From the NCBI GenBank assembly GCA_026023565.1, contig JAPETS010000033.1, positions 124,001 through 188,000 of the forward strand: 64,000 nucleotides of DNA, written 5' to 3'. The translations under genes were made by a program, and so were the position numbers. Of this stretch, positions 39,015 to 51,834 are shown one piece after another. A model generated the notes under the pieces. It was not told where the DNA came from. It saw only the letters and a list, made by a program, of their open reading frames with translations, and made no database searches. Each line of letters opens with the position of its first letter. The stretch's first letter is position 1. The stretch comes from Cirrosporium novae-zelandiae. Taxonomy: Eukaryota.

Positions 39015-40827
39015 TTATGATGCCTCGGCTTTGCCCTCCTCCTTCCCAGCATCCGGGTTCAAATAATCTTCCTTCTCCGCAGCTTCATATTCATTAATCA
39101 AATCTGTGACTACATTTCTCGCCTCATAGAATTCCCCTAGTCCGTCGGCAAATGCCGCCTCCTTTTTATAGCCATCCAAGAAAGCATTTCGCTTTATCAG
39201 TCGATCATATTGTTGAACGATTCTACGGAAAAGAGTGGCCACAGAGGTATTGTTGGCTAGCATAAGACCACTGACTCGGTGGGTGTTTGGGAGGTAGGGT
39301 GACTTTTTGGTCAAGGCAACTTGGATGGATGCAGGACCCCAAGGTATGAAGGTTGCTAGGCGCCTTTCACGAATACGAAGGAGCGATTTATGAACCTAGA
39401 GCGATTAGCAAGTGACTTATTAAAGAACTTTACTACTTACATCCGTTGGGTCTGCCTCGCCTTGTATTATATTCAAGATACTAATGTAACAACTATTCTT
39501 TCCAGGACTGGTAGATACCATACGATTTTTCGGTTGAAGAAGTCGCCTCATAACATCTAGAACGGTTGTTTTTCGAATAGTCTTGGCTTGCTCGACACTA
39601 TCTCCGGTGAATGGTGTGTACGACGTCATTAAGAAGTGACAACGAGGAGTAGGGATCAGAGAAGCAATTATGCCCACAAGATCATTGTGCATATATCCGG
39701 GATATCTTAGAGTTGTTGTAGAAGCTGACATGACAGTTGAAACCTAAACGAGATGAGAAAGACTAAAGGGAGTAAATGATGAGAGTGCATACTAGTTGAT
39801 TCGTTTGCTGGAACGATGGTTCTTGAACATGCAACCTATCTGCAGCAATTCGAGATAGAGCTCCGTTATCGAGAACAACCTATAACTTATCAGAATATTC
39901 CTTAGACTTGATATAAATAGTACATACCACAGAATCGGCATTCTGAGTCAATCTCCGCAGAGTAAGCAAGCTATTGTATGGATTGACAACAACATCTCCT
40001 CCAGTTTGTGTGTCTGGAAATACAGAATATGTCTGTATAAGCTTCTTCGGAAATCGATCGTTCATATTCTCTAACAAAAAGCTTCCTAGCCCTGATCCGG
40101 TGCCACCAGCGATCGAGTGTAAAAGCATAAACCCCTGGAAGGATCATCAGTACTTTCTCTCGATAAATTGTAAATATATTCCTACCTCAAACATATCACT
40201 TCCATCAGCTTCTCGGTCAATCATATCGAAAACCTCCTCTTTAACAGAATCCCCTGCAGCATATCCAGCGGCCCAGTTATTTCCTGCGCCAATGCCTTGT
40301 TTGCCAATGTAGTAATTTTCGGGATTGTATATGTTTTTGTAAGGGCCGGTTTGAATTCCATTAATCACCTGTACTCCTCCATTAGACACCGGGCTAAGTG
40401 AGGGGGTTGGAAGTCCGTACTCGAGGTTCAAGGTCTATAAGAATCGCTCTTGGGATATATCGTGTGTCATCGCTCTGCGTGCTTCATTAATTTTCCGTGG
40501 GCCTGTACTATTGTGCTTTCTCATACCTGATAGAAAAATACGTCCTTGCGATCGCCACCTTCTGTCGCAAAGTCCTCCAGATTACCATCTTGATTAATTC
40601 CATGTTCCTGGCACAACTGTTGCCAAAATGAACTGCCCACTATAAGACCAAGCAAATTAGCGGCTTCTCCTATCCAGTATTCCTACAAAAATGGATGAGT
40701 ATGGTTTGGGGTTGCGCCGAGTTCGTACCGCTATTGCCGCATTGGCCTGCTTGAATAGTAATGATTTCTCTATCCGATATTTAGCATAAGTAATGAGGTT
40801 GTAATAAATCTAGGCTTACCTGGGCAT
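39015..40827 (-). CDS. TUB4: Gamma-tubulin, multi-intron
   Basis: [35 protein letters not shown] and [13 protein letters not shown]. Confidence 0.97.
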
Positions 40828-40897
40828 TGTCAAAGCATGTCTTGGATTGTTGGATAATTAAACTGGTTTCAAGGAACCGAGACATAGAAACACAGAA

Positions 40898-40925
40898 ACG
40901 CGTCAAGAAATCACTTGAGTCGCGT
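40898..40925. promoter_or_regulatory. MCB-like cell-cycle boxes (ACGCGT, TCGCGT) upstream of gamma-tubulin
   Basis: Two CGCG cores 70-100 bp upstream of the ATG. Confidence 0.55.
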
Positions 40926-41601
40926 AACTTTGACATTGATGCTAGATGCACATACAATCATTTCATAACACGATAAATTATTTGACTAAATACTATCATG
41001 AAAGTGCTTGGTAAACTTCTACATTAATTTCTTAATTACACATCTCCTCAACCCGTTCTTTGTTCCATTCCTTGTTAATTTCTCCCTAACTATTACTCCA
41101 GCTTAATCCTTTGACCAGCTGTGTTTCAATCTAGCTGGTACTAGGTTGGGTTCGATTCCAAGAGCGCTGGTGATTGGTCACACTGGTATCAGTGTTCTTC
41201 TGTTGGATCTCGAATGAACATTCGTACCTACTATGTACTATGATCCTAGATACTCACGCCATTGATCTCTGGTACACAAATCTAGTAGACCATTATAATC
41301 ATCTTCAAACCCATTCATGTTGTCGGTACATTGGCCGATGTTATGAAAGTTTCTTGACTGAAGAGTGTTGCGTTAGTTGACGTCGGGATTGTTCAATGCC
41401 TGCATCAGGTATGAAACCACAACAGCTTTAGTCAAGAAAGCGATCTTGTAAATGAGACCCTTCTGAGATAAGGTGGTATTGGGGAGCTTGTCGAAGCGGA
41501 GGCTGTTCATGCGGAGTTATTAAGGTATGATACAGCAATCAACCAGTCAAAAGCGTTACGTTATAACCAAAAATTTTATCATTACGTCAAGTCATTGCTA
41601 T

Positions 41602-43515
41602 TTATTCGCAAACATAACTGGTCCAGTCCTCCGAATCTCCACTTGTATATACTGCTGTCTTTGGCCATGGGCACAACTTCCGGGTTCGATTGGAGCCATC
41701 TTCTGGATTCGACGACTCGACATCCTCGGGTACTTCTCCATCTTCCACCCATGAAGTTAACCGTTCAAGAACATGATATGTTGCCGGTGCCTGGGTGACA
41801 TAAGGTGCTGTGCCACAATGTCCTCCGCCTATGAAGATGTTAGAAAGGGACAACGAAAAAGGAGTAAAGAACTCACCTGGAATCATGAATATATTAAAAA
41901 AGTCTGAAACATCACCCTCAAAATAATCCTGCAACTGATGCAGATGTTCAATGGGCCAAGTCGCAGCATTATATGGGTCTGCCCAACCTGAAGTAGATAG
42001 TATTGTTAGCAGGGATCCTTCAAAATATTTCTGTTCATGAATGGCTTGGTTGATTCATCCATCTGCTGTGATGTGAAGGCTAGAAAACTTTGGCTACAGG
42101 CCTGAATGCAGCTAACGACAAGTGATTGGTGTGAATTATTTACTGAATACATACCTTGAGTCACAATCATCTTACCCCCATTCTTCTTGAATGCTGACAG
42201 ATTTGCGGTGATTTCGTCGATTTTGGGGCTTGCGGTGCTATCCACGGTGTCGACGTCGGCTCCAAAGTCGAATGTAGATACATTGTAGGTTAAATCATTG
42301 AAAACTAGGTTCTGTAAGATCGGTGTTGAGTAATTAACATACAAAGTCGACTCTTGATATATCCAGGAGCTCTCGGAGCCGAAGTTGAATCCCGGATAGA
42401 CTTGTGTGCCGTTCCGTGGATCTTTAGGACCAGCATAAATAGCTTTCGCGGTCGCAACCTGGGCGGCAGTGAGGCAACTACTTGAATTTGTTGTGCTGTC
42501 GGCACACTGCAAAGATGTGATATTGAAGTCGCATTCCAGCGGGTTTTCAATTAATCGATCATAAACACCATCATTGCCATCGCACTGGTCAATTGTTGCA
42601 TTACCGATCAAATCGAGAGCATCTTGGCTGAGATATCCGTCTCCCTAGATAAAGATTGTTCAGAATATCGTTTTGGAGAAGACATGGATCAAATAACCTT
42701 TGCATGCAGACCATTCCAAAGGAAAGATAAGATCAGGTGAGAATACCAGTTTCCAGGACATCCAGCATAGATCCCATCAAATAGGTCTGGATGATATTGT
42801 GCAAGCGCAAATCCCTGGGCGCCTCCCGTGGAACAACCCTTGTAGTAGTGGTGCTTTGGCTTTTTGGAGTAATATCGTTTAGTGAATTCTCGGGTAGGCA
42901 CTGTAAATGTCGCAATAGAATTCTGAATCCATGATCGAGTCTGGTATTCATTGTGCATAAATGGGATATATTGCCCAGGCTCTGTTGTACCATTGCCATT
43001 GAGGGACAGCAGATGTCCTGAATCACCACTAATTAGGTAAATGATTAGCAAGCGCTCAATAGGCTGTAAATAATTTATAGAGCTCACCCAGCAACAGCAT
43101 ATCCCTCGTTCGCACTCAATATCAGATTCCACGTGTCAATAGCTCCAGCCAACCCGCTATTACCTAGATATAATTAGTCCATAATAGCCAATACTTCTAC
43201 GATAGAATCCAGCTTACCGACAGCAAGGTAACGACCATTATAATTGGAGGTCTCGGGCAACCACAACTCCCAATTGACGGTATTTCCACCTGCATATGAA
43301 GTGCTACCAATCACACGGCACAGAGTGTAATTATTCCAGTAACCAGAAGATATAATTTCCCCGGGAGCTACCACAGACGAGTTGGTGACGGTGGTGCCGT
43401 TGATGACATCCTTGATCTGATCTGCAAAAATTGCACAACCAACATGTCGTTTCAATGTGGCTGCATGAGCAGCATAACCAAAAGTAAGTAACCAAAGGGT
43501 AGATGGCAGCATCAT
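41602..43515 (-). CDS. Secreted tannase/feruloyl esterase family protein
   Basis: Signal peptide MMLPSTLWLLTFGYAAHAA; WLP..YNGRYLAVGN, nucleophile GCSTGG, GWAD, GHC and RKLCPWP. Confidence 0.92.
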
Positions 43516-44176
43516 GGCATCAACGGGGTCGATCAACCAGTAGTCTAAAAGGGCAGATGAACATAGACATGGTTGCAATACAAGCAGCGTAGTAATGTTA
43601 TATAACAGAAGAGAAAGCAAAGTGAACGATAACGTGGTTCGGGGCATAAATGAATATTCTACATAATTAATATGATAAGTTGGGGAAACTCCGCAAAGTA
43701 GTGGAGGCTCCACAAAGTAGCTCCGCAAACAACTCCACATTGTTATACGAGGAAATACATAAAGTACGTAATTAGGGTTTCTAGTCTGTGGAGAAATATC
43801 CTTGTCTGGTTTGGTAACATACCGACCAGACATGTGACCTTATTTTCTTTACTGAAATCTCACTTGCCGATATTTAGCCATTACTACTACTCTATGTATT
43901 CATCAAATCATTCCACTTCCGATTCTATCGTCGTTCATCATGTCCTTCTTCATTGGGTCTACTTTCAACCCTAAGGGTTGCCGACCTTTTAAGTCCTTTT
44001 TCAACGTCGGTAAATATTCCCAATGAGCCTATGTGGTATCCTATCACCACGTTCATGGTGAGATTCCCAAGACATGTTCCAGGATCCAGATAGCAAATTA
44101 CCAACATGGTGGACACAGAATCTTATGATCTATCGAATGTAACGTCGTTTTTTAAAGCTCCGTTCACTACCTTGAC

Positions 44177-46123
44177 TTATTTTAGTATTATATCCTCAAC
44201 AGTCAGGTACTCGGATTCCATTGCCTCTCCATCCATGAATCCATCGACATAGCACTCTCCAATTAGTGCATATTCTTTCCCTTCTTTTCGGATAACCCAT
44301 GGTACACATCCACCGAGAAAAACGCATATTAAATCGCCTGGCTGCATCCTTGAAGAGCCTATGCCCATGTAACCACCAAGGGTAGCGAAAAATCTCCGAT
44401 CCAATGATGTCAAGGCTAATGATTCCGCAAACTTCGTGAATCCCTCAATATGAGGTTGAAGCGCGATAGAAAAGTTAGCGAAGTCGGCCCCGTTGGGTAC
44501 TCTATTGGGGCAAATGATGGCCAAGTACTGTCGAAAGTGCCAATAGTGCTTTGAGTATTCGCTGATAGGTATCTCCTTGTAGTGGTTGAAATGCTCATTG
44601 CAATGTTTTGCGCTTCCATTTGCAAGGAGGGTGCGCCAATAGGTCTTTTCGCGAGCTTCAAAGTCCAATGTATTATACTGTCCACATTGGGCCGCAATGA
44701 AGCTTGTTTCGTAAATCCAATAGCTCAAAGGAAGACGGCTGAACGCAAGTATTTCTTCTGCTTGCTTGGTACGCATTCCTTTCTTCACGAATCTAGGATC
44801 CAAACTGTCCACCTCAGGAGGAGCGATGTTGCTGGCCAGCTGAACCGCATCGACAATCTTCCCAGCAATGCATATATGGTTTGGATCCTTGCACCAACTC
44901 AATCTAATCGCAGAGTCCCCGGCAGCCTTGTAACCAAGACTACCATGCCTACACCAAAAACTATCTCTTGAATTTGCAGTCCAATCAGGAACCCAAGAAG
45001 GTAAGTCCAACTTCCACTCCGAACGGTCGACTTCGGCTAGAAGGGACATGGCCTCATGTCCGCGGCCAGCAACTGGACATTTATCGGAATGCATAAAAAG
45101 AACGTTGGCGGCAACCTTGCGATAAATTTCATCAACATTCTTAGTATAGTCGGGAAATATACCATGATTTGCCGGAGTAAGACCCAGGAGAGCGAACACC
45201 TTGTCACGGGGATCAGAAGCTTCGAACCATCGCGAGCCCAGGAGCAATCTTTTCATACTCATGGAGTGATTCCCCTCGTAGTTTAACTTAAACTCGGTTA
45301 TATGCCGAAGACGGGATCGCAGAAAGTCAGCCGATGTACCCTGAGGCCTGTGAACTTTGAAGAGATTGTCCCAGGTACCAGCAGTCGACATCCTTAGGAT
45401 CAGATCCCGCAGAACGTTCCACGAAACCTGCTGCTTTCCACATAAAATAGTTGCCGAGGAGGATACGGCTAGCTCCTGGAGAACCCACATGCGTCCGAAC
45501 CACGGCCGACTTAGCAAAGCAGACAGTGCTCTCCATTCCCGCGCATGAAACGGGGGCAGACTCTTATCCTGCAACTGGCTTTCCGAAAGTTGCTTCTGAC
45601 AACTCTCCAAAACCTTGACTACCCGATGCAGAAACTCATACGCCAATTTGCTATCGTCGGCCTCCTCCCCAAGCCACACGACAACCTTCTCCGCACATCG
45701 ATAAATATCTCTCATCAGCTGTACTTGCTTCCCACGCTCTCCAACATTCTTTTGATTAATGCAAATTTGATCAACCCAAATAGTCACAACTTCATCTCTA
45801 CTCCGAAGGTGGCGAAGAGCGCCGAGTAAATCTTCCGTAATTTCTAGCCGTTGTCCGTTACATGTAATTGATGTCTTTCTGCTAGATTGGCCCCAGCAAT
45901 ATGAGAGCGCTTTATAGCTTTGTAGACCGTGATCTAACTGAACCTCCTGCAACTCACAGACTACTGGCCTCGAGGGGGCCCGGGAAGGTAGAATATTCGC
46001 GAGCCTTATCGCTCGAGCACTTTCAACGGGCTTGTAAACCAGAGAACCCGCTGTTGATGGGGATGAGGACGAGGAGGAAAAAGACAGCTGGCTAGAATTC
46101 CAGAGCGAGGAGAATTTCATCAT
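44177..46123 (-). CDS. HET-domain heterokaryon incompatibility protein (HET-6-like), intronless
   Basis: YKALSYCWG, IWVDQICINQ..E..QV..M..IY, WFGRMWVLQE, DPRDKVFALLG, LPSWVPDW and LIGECYVDGFMDGE. Confidence 0.93.
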   Translation of the reverse strand: MMKFSSLWNSSQLSFSSSSSSPSTAGSLVYKPVESARAIRLANILPSRAPSRPVVCELQEVQLDHGLQSYKALSYCWGQSSRKTSITCNGQRLEITEDLLGALRHLRSRDEVVTIWVDQICINQKNVGERGKQVQLMRDIYRCAEKVVVWLGEEADDSKLAYEFLHRVVKVLESCQKQLSESQLQDKSLPPFHAREWRALSALLSRPWFGRMWVLQELAVSSSATILCGKQQVSWNVLRDLILRMSTAGTWDNLFKVHRPQGTSADFLRSRLRHITEFKLNYEGNHSMSMKRLLLGSRWFEASDPRDKVFALLGLTPANHGIFPDYTKNVDEIYRKVAANVLFMHSDKCPVAGRGHEAMSLLAEVDRSEWKLDLPSWVPDWTANSRDSFWCRHGSLGYKAAGDSAIRLSWCKDPNHICIAGKIVDAVQLASNIAPPEVDSLDPRFVKKGMRTKQAEEILAFSRLPLSYWIYETSFIAAQCGQYNTLDFEAREKTYWRTLLANGSAKHCNEHFNHYKEIPISEYSKHYWHFRQYLAIICPNRVPNGADFANFSIALQPHIEGFTKFAESLALTSLDRRFFATLGGYMGIGSSRMQPGDLICVFLGGCVPWVIRKEGKEYALIGECYVDGFMDGEAMESEYLTVEDIILK

Positions 46124-48326
46124 AAAAAAATGAGTAGAAAGTTGTGCTAAGGAACACAGAGAAAGCCTCACCCGCTCCTTGCATTTCCATTTAGGTAGGC
46201 GAGCGCAAGAAACCTCTATGGCTCATAAACACACAGTATAAGAGAAAAATGGAATCTCAATATCCGCAAACAAAGGAAATCACTCGTTAATATAAAGTAC
46301 GCCGCACGAAAAGAGTTGAGTAGAGCTGTCGTGGCTGTGTGAAATTCTATAAATAGAACATTTCATCAGATGGATCAATCCTAGACTGTTGGGGGCCAGT
46401 TGTTGTATGAAATAAGGACGATTCATTTTCAAAGAAGCGACAACGCATATATAAATAATGCCAACATCTGAATGCTAGAATTACGTTTTATAAACCTTGA
46501 ATCTACAATAATATACTTGTATTATAACAAAAAGAATGATTGTTACGGATCAATTGTTATAGATGCCAAGTTATATTCATGCCTCAGGTTTAAATACACG
46601 TGATTTAAGTCACATGACCGAGCCTTATATAGATTCTAGACCTTAAGCATACATATCCACACCAGTTATACACCTAAATGTGAGCTTTATAAGAGCTACA
46701 TCCTGGATGTTGTAACACTACTGAATATCTTACAAAATGACTTTTTCAATTTGAAAATTTACTAATTAATTCTACCAGGTATCTAAAAGTCTAAATTTGG
46801 AGGAGTTCGAGAATTAAAGATAATGAACAGCAAAATACTACATATCGATTAGACTAACCTTTCTCGTCTATGCTTGATCAACTAGATTAAAGAGGCCGGT
46901 TTGGTCTATTCCCTTCCTTGGCTATAGTTGCCTAGTAATCATGTGATGTCGCAAGGCTGGATCGCGAAGGGCACTTTTCCAGAGGAATTGTCGATGAGCT
47001 CCCACTGCCTCTCATCTATAGCCCAATCAATCCGGTTATGACGATATGCTAGGCAATAATGTACCGCTTAGCCCATAGCACCCCTTCCCTCAAGAACGTG
47101 GTATTTGCGAACGGAGGGTACTACTGCATGGCTTACACGCATTTTTAGCTAGCTAACCGCCATGAACTTTGAGAACATTTGCTGCCCAAGCGGGGTCGCA
47201 CGAGAGAATATGAGTGGAACACGTCAACATCCCCACGATTCTGCAAGATAAGAAATACCCTGTGATGGCGCTATTTTCTGCATGCACTCTATCAAAGCTT
47301 ATAAAGCCAATTAGTTCTTGCTGACTGTTTTTGTATTTGGGATTAAGTAATTCTCTACGCTCAGACCCATCGCTGCATTTCTCGACATCGAAGATCTTAT
47401 GCTCTGCTTCGCTCCTTGCGATAGGGAGTTGCTGCGAATCAGCAGAATTTGGAGAATGTGATGATCACCTTTCCGAGGTCCCTGCTCTCGGACATCTTTT
47501 CACCTACAACGGGATGATATGAATGAGTTGTTTTGTGACTATGCCCTAGATGCCCCCCTCTACAGCTTTCTATACAATCTGCATGCGATTTATAATTTTG
47601 ATATTACTATATTCTAAGCTTGATTCTTAATTGCCCAGCAACTGGATTGATCCTGACCCCGCTTCCTAAAGACCCAAGGGTTTCATTAGTGATTGGTTTA
47701 ACAATTATACCTTTTATATTGTGGCTTGTAGTATATTTCCTTGCTTCCTAAGAAATTGATACATACGATATTAGTTCATGCACGGCATGTCCCCATTGTA
47801 TCACACAAGTCGGCTAGAGAAGAAGGCGAGTTGACAAATAATTTGGACGCATGGGGTCAATTGGAAGTGCGTGCAGGACTAAATGCCATCGACTTGATAA
47901 GGCATAAAGAACCAAGGGAAAGGCGAGAGGGGGGAGGGTCATAGCACATATAACAAGGTAACAAATCCAAACGAAGCAAATGAAATCTTTTTACATCAGT
48001 CCGAACTCTAGTCAGCTGAAGATTCACTTACCCAAGTGGCATGCGACATAGCTGAAAAGAATTCAACCTGCAGAGTATGACCGCCACAGGTCGCTCTTGC
48101 TCGTCTTTTACACCAGATCCATAAAACAGAAAAAAACTATAAAGGAAACGCTACAGTCGGAAGATTTTGGAATATAGACAACTGCCTACACACCCACCTT
48201 TAACCGTAATACAAAATACTTTGCCTACCACCATCCACAATATTCCAACATAATAATATTCCTCTTTTTTAGAACCGAAAAAAAACCACAACAGCTTCAT
48301 AATTGGCCTTCATATAATAAATAAAT

Positions 48327-48595
48327 ATGCCGGGCCGTACTCCCCAACCCGAACGCTTCAAAAATTATCAGAGACTACCCACCGGAATCTGCAAAGAGTG
48401 TAATTGCCTAGAGTATGTAGACCGTTCTAGACCGAACGGCAGATGCCGTATGTGCGGGCATAAAGAGTCAGGGCACTACTGTAAGTTCCTCCCTATTAGA
48501 GCAGATTTTAGATGCGAAAAAAACAAACTTTTATAAATGTTTTATATGTGTTTATATGTGAATTACTAACTAAATTTTAAGGGCCTATAAATTAA
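48327..48595 (+). CDS. Cys/His-motif microprotein A (55 aa if spliced)
   Basis: TATAAA about 190 bp upstream; AAAT-ATG; intron 48481-48581 (GTAAGT..ACTAAC..AAG); product ends GICKECNCLEYVDRSRPNGRCRMCGHKESGHYWPIN*. Confidence 0.62.
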
Positions 48596-50085
48596 GCTGC
48601 TGTGTTACTTGCACGTCGGTCGGCCGGGTCTGGGCTAGGGAATTTTGGCTCAGAAAAATAAAGCAAATTGTTGGAATTTTTTTGTATATTACTATAGGGA
48701 GTCGTTTCTAAGCTATCAATCATTGCTACTTGTGTCTCGTATGTGAATGGAATATCTATTATATTCCACTACTACTGGTACTCAAGTTGTATATATAGTT
48801 ATGCCCTATTGGCACTGGCTGAGATCAAGGGTGTCCACCTTTAACATGCTAGGATTTGTTCAACTGGTAGTAGATCCTATCTTGGTGGTGCGCTACATAG
48901 ATTACCCCATATAGGAAATAACCACATTTTACAAAAGAGCACACACTTTATTCTCTCTTTAATAAAGCATATCTACATGCTAGATATGAATGAATGCTAA
49001 AGAGGGTGATGTAGGGATAGATTGAAAAGGGTTCAGCAAGCTCTCGGAGAGAGCAGAGAAGTAGAGCTAGCTCTAAGTGAAATTATATATATCTTTATAT
49101 TATCTACGACTGACTAACTCTCAATATATTTATTCGCCCAAATTTATACAAATCTATAATCTCCCATCCTTCGTTTTGCGAATTTATTTGTATTAAGTTG
49201 GAAGTGTAAGGTGTAACGATACATACCTATTGTCCGTGCACATGTACAGTACAGTCAGTATAAACAGGACTTGTGTCTCCCCTCCCAAATGTAAGACTTG
49301 ATGCAAACGGATCTTCACATACCAGCTAGCTGGCTTCCCATTAACTACCTACCTATTTAAAAAACTATTTATTGTTCCTTTTTACTCATCGAAATAGAAA
49401 TGCTATTACTCTATATATGTTAGGTTAGGTATGGCATACTGTTCTTTCTATAGCACTGGTGAGGGAGGACGAAGATTAAGTAAGTAAGAACGGGGCTTTA
49501 TAAAGGGGTTGGTGTTGGGTTTGATGGAGATGGGGTTCGGAATAGGGGGTAGAAATAGAAGGATTAGTGATTGGGGGATTGATTGGTTGGTTGTTGGAGG
49601 AGTGATTCCGCTCTCCCTGATATTCTAGAGTAATGTGGTTATTTGAGGTCTGGTTTAACATCTGAAGGACGCGGTATTAATGTGCCCCTCTCTAGCAGTA
49701 GTTCAATAAGGTGAGATCTTGAAAGCCAAATATAATAATAATAATATGAGCAAGTAGTGAGTGTGATGGTTCCTTAGCACATTCCCTAGCGTCCACCTTC
49801 TTAAGCTGGGTTCTCCCCTTCTTAGATTCTAGACCTCAGTCAACAATATCCCCCCCCCCCATACCAATTACACCCCTAACTAGTAGATAGAGGCTTCGTA
49901 ACAAGTAATGAGCGAACGAAATAACACACCCAGTACAACCCAAAAATCCATTCATCTCATCCCCATCGAAAAGAAAAAAAAAAGATACCAATCCATCAAT
50001 CTATTAGCAACTCTTTAGAATGAAAAAAACCATCTCCTATTCATTCATTCTTCTCTCCCCTCCCCGGTTCTCCGTAATTCCAAAA

Positions 50086-50370
50086 TCAAAGAATCTCATG
50101 ATTTTTATACGCATGCTCACAAGTAGAAACCCCCGACCCGTTCTTCCTACGGCAGACATCATCCTTGGCTGGATTATTGTTGCCGACGAAACCCGAGCAA
50201 CTGCATTCATCGCAGGCGCCCTTTCCGTGCTGGATGGGAGTGGTTTGGCCGATCGTGCTGAAGGCAGATAGAGAGGTGATTGCGGTGTTATCGTCTTGTG
50301 GAAAGTGGGGTGTGCGGTTGATGGAGGAGGTGGAGGAGGAGCGGGAGAATGTGGGGGTTTGGAATGACAT
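50086..50370 (-). CDS. Cys/His-motif microprotein B (94 aa)
   Basis: ACAAAA-ATG context; TATATAA about 145 bp upstream; ends GACDECSCSGFVGNNNPAKDDVCRRKNGSGVSTCEHAYKNHEIL*. Confidence 0.65.
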   Translation of the reverse strand: MSFQTPTFSRSSSTSSINRTPHFPQDDNTAITSLSAFSTIGQTTPIQHGKGACDECSCSGFVGNNNPAKDDVCRRKNGSGVSTCEHAYKNHEIL

Positions 50371-51561
50371 TTTTGTTTGTTTTTTTTTTGTGTGTGAGGT
50401 ATGTTGGTTGTTGTTGTTGTGGTGGGGGTTGGGAGGATGGGATTGTGCTGGAACGGCTTTGGAGGTTTGTTCGCTGGTGAAGATGTGTGAGGGTCGCATC
50501 CATAGTCGTTCTTATATAACATTGTGCAGAGGACTGTCATGCTGTAGTAAAGTCGGGTATTAGATAGTTGAGGTATCATGCGCGCAGTTGAAATGGGAAA
50601 TTATTACTCTCACGCTCACGATATCATCCTTAGTCTATGGTCGTTAGAATCCGAGTTGCCTATCTCAGTATTTTATTGAGAGTTGAGGAAGGTATAAGGG
50701 GAAGTCTGATGTAAGAGGGAGCACATCTGACCTTTTTACCATACTATTTAAAGTTATTTCTCAGATGTGAAAGCTACTAAGCAAGCTTCATCTCACTTTG
50801 CTTCTAACAAGTGAGCAGGGCGACTGTTCTTGGGGTGATATGGGGAGCTTAAAGATGTAGCCCAATTGACGTGTCCCCGGTGTCAAACACGACATTAACT
50901 CGCATAGAGAGACGATATACAGTCTCATACGCTGTAGTCGACTTTTATAGATGATAAGCAACACGATACTCGACGACCTTTTTAAAGCTCCTCAGTCACA
51001 GCCAAGTCGGTCCCAGCGAATCACCACTAAGAGCAGCCTCTCCATATGTTCCTTTACTTCACCTCATTCATGAGGCCTGTTGACGTATTTCGCTTGCGCA
51101 TTCAGCGGATCCAAACCCACAGTCTTCCCCAATAAAGCTCAGAGCCAGTCTTTCATCTGATAATGATAAGCTTAGAAATAGCCACCAGCTGCTGGACCAC
51201 CCCCTCAACATCCGTTAAATATACCCCATCCCTTGGCCTAGATATTTTCCTGAATAACTGACTGACAGACGTGATGCTGTCTCTCGAGCCTTACTCTGAA
51301 TGCGCTTCGACCTTGACTCGTCACCCTCGTTTCCAGAGACACCATAGACTATCGAAATCTTTTGGAAAGACCCTGATACTGACACTGCCCGTAGAGAGTT
51401 CCTCATCATCATCAAATGACACGTCGCATGACATTGGAAAAATTTCCCGGGGAATCGAATGAATAAGACTGATATTTTTTAGTACAATTCAATAGAAGAC
51501 ACAGCCGATGCCAGTCCATTCGTTGTGAGGAACTATACCCAATTCGGGGTCATACTATATT

Positions 51562-51834
51562 CTAGCTAGCGCGTGCGTACTGAGGGTGGATAGTCCTGCC
51601 TAAGAACTTGCGGAAGATGCTGCTCCAAAACCCGTCTTCTTTCTTGTATATGACAGCAAACGCTGCTCGTTTAGTGCTGACCAATGCACTATACTTTCTT
51701 ACGCTTAAACGTCTTTGCTCATCATCATCACTACTAAGATCAAGATTACTATCACTTAAATCATTGTCATCATTGCTGATTGACAGTTCCGCCTGTTCCG
51801 ATACAAGTAGTCCTAGTGCCAACGCCCTCGCCAT
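51562..51834 (-). pseudogene. Frameshifted Myb/SANT-like domain relic
   Basis: Stitching frames gives WSALNEQRLLSY/KKEDGFWSSIFRKFLGRT/PSVRTR* (TAG where Trp is expected), after an acidic Ser/Asp tract. Confidence 0.55.

Noticed and set aside
46800..47600. Moderately GC-rich stretch upstream of the HET gene
   Set aside because: Frames tried contain many stops and no recognisable motif.
50037..50579. 180-aa and other ORFs overlapping microprotein B
   Set aside because: Low-complexity Pro/Thr translations of C/A-rich sequence; only the frame from ATG 50370 has a good start context and the Cys/His motif.
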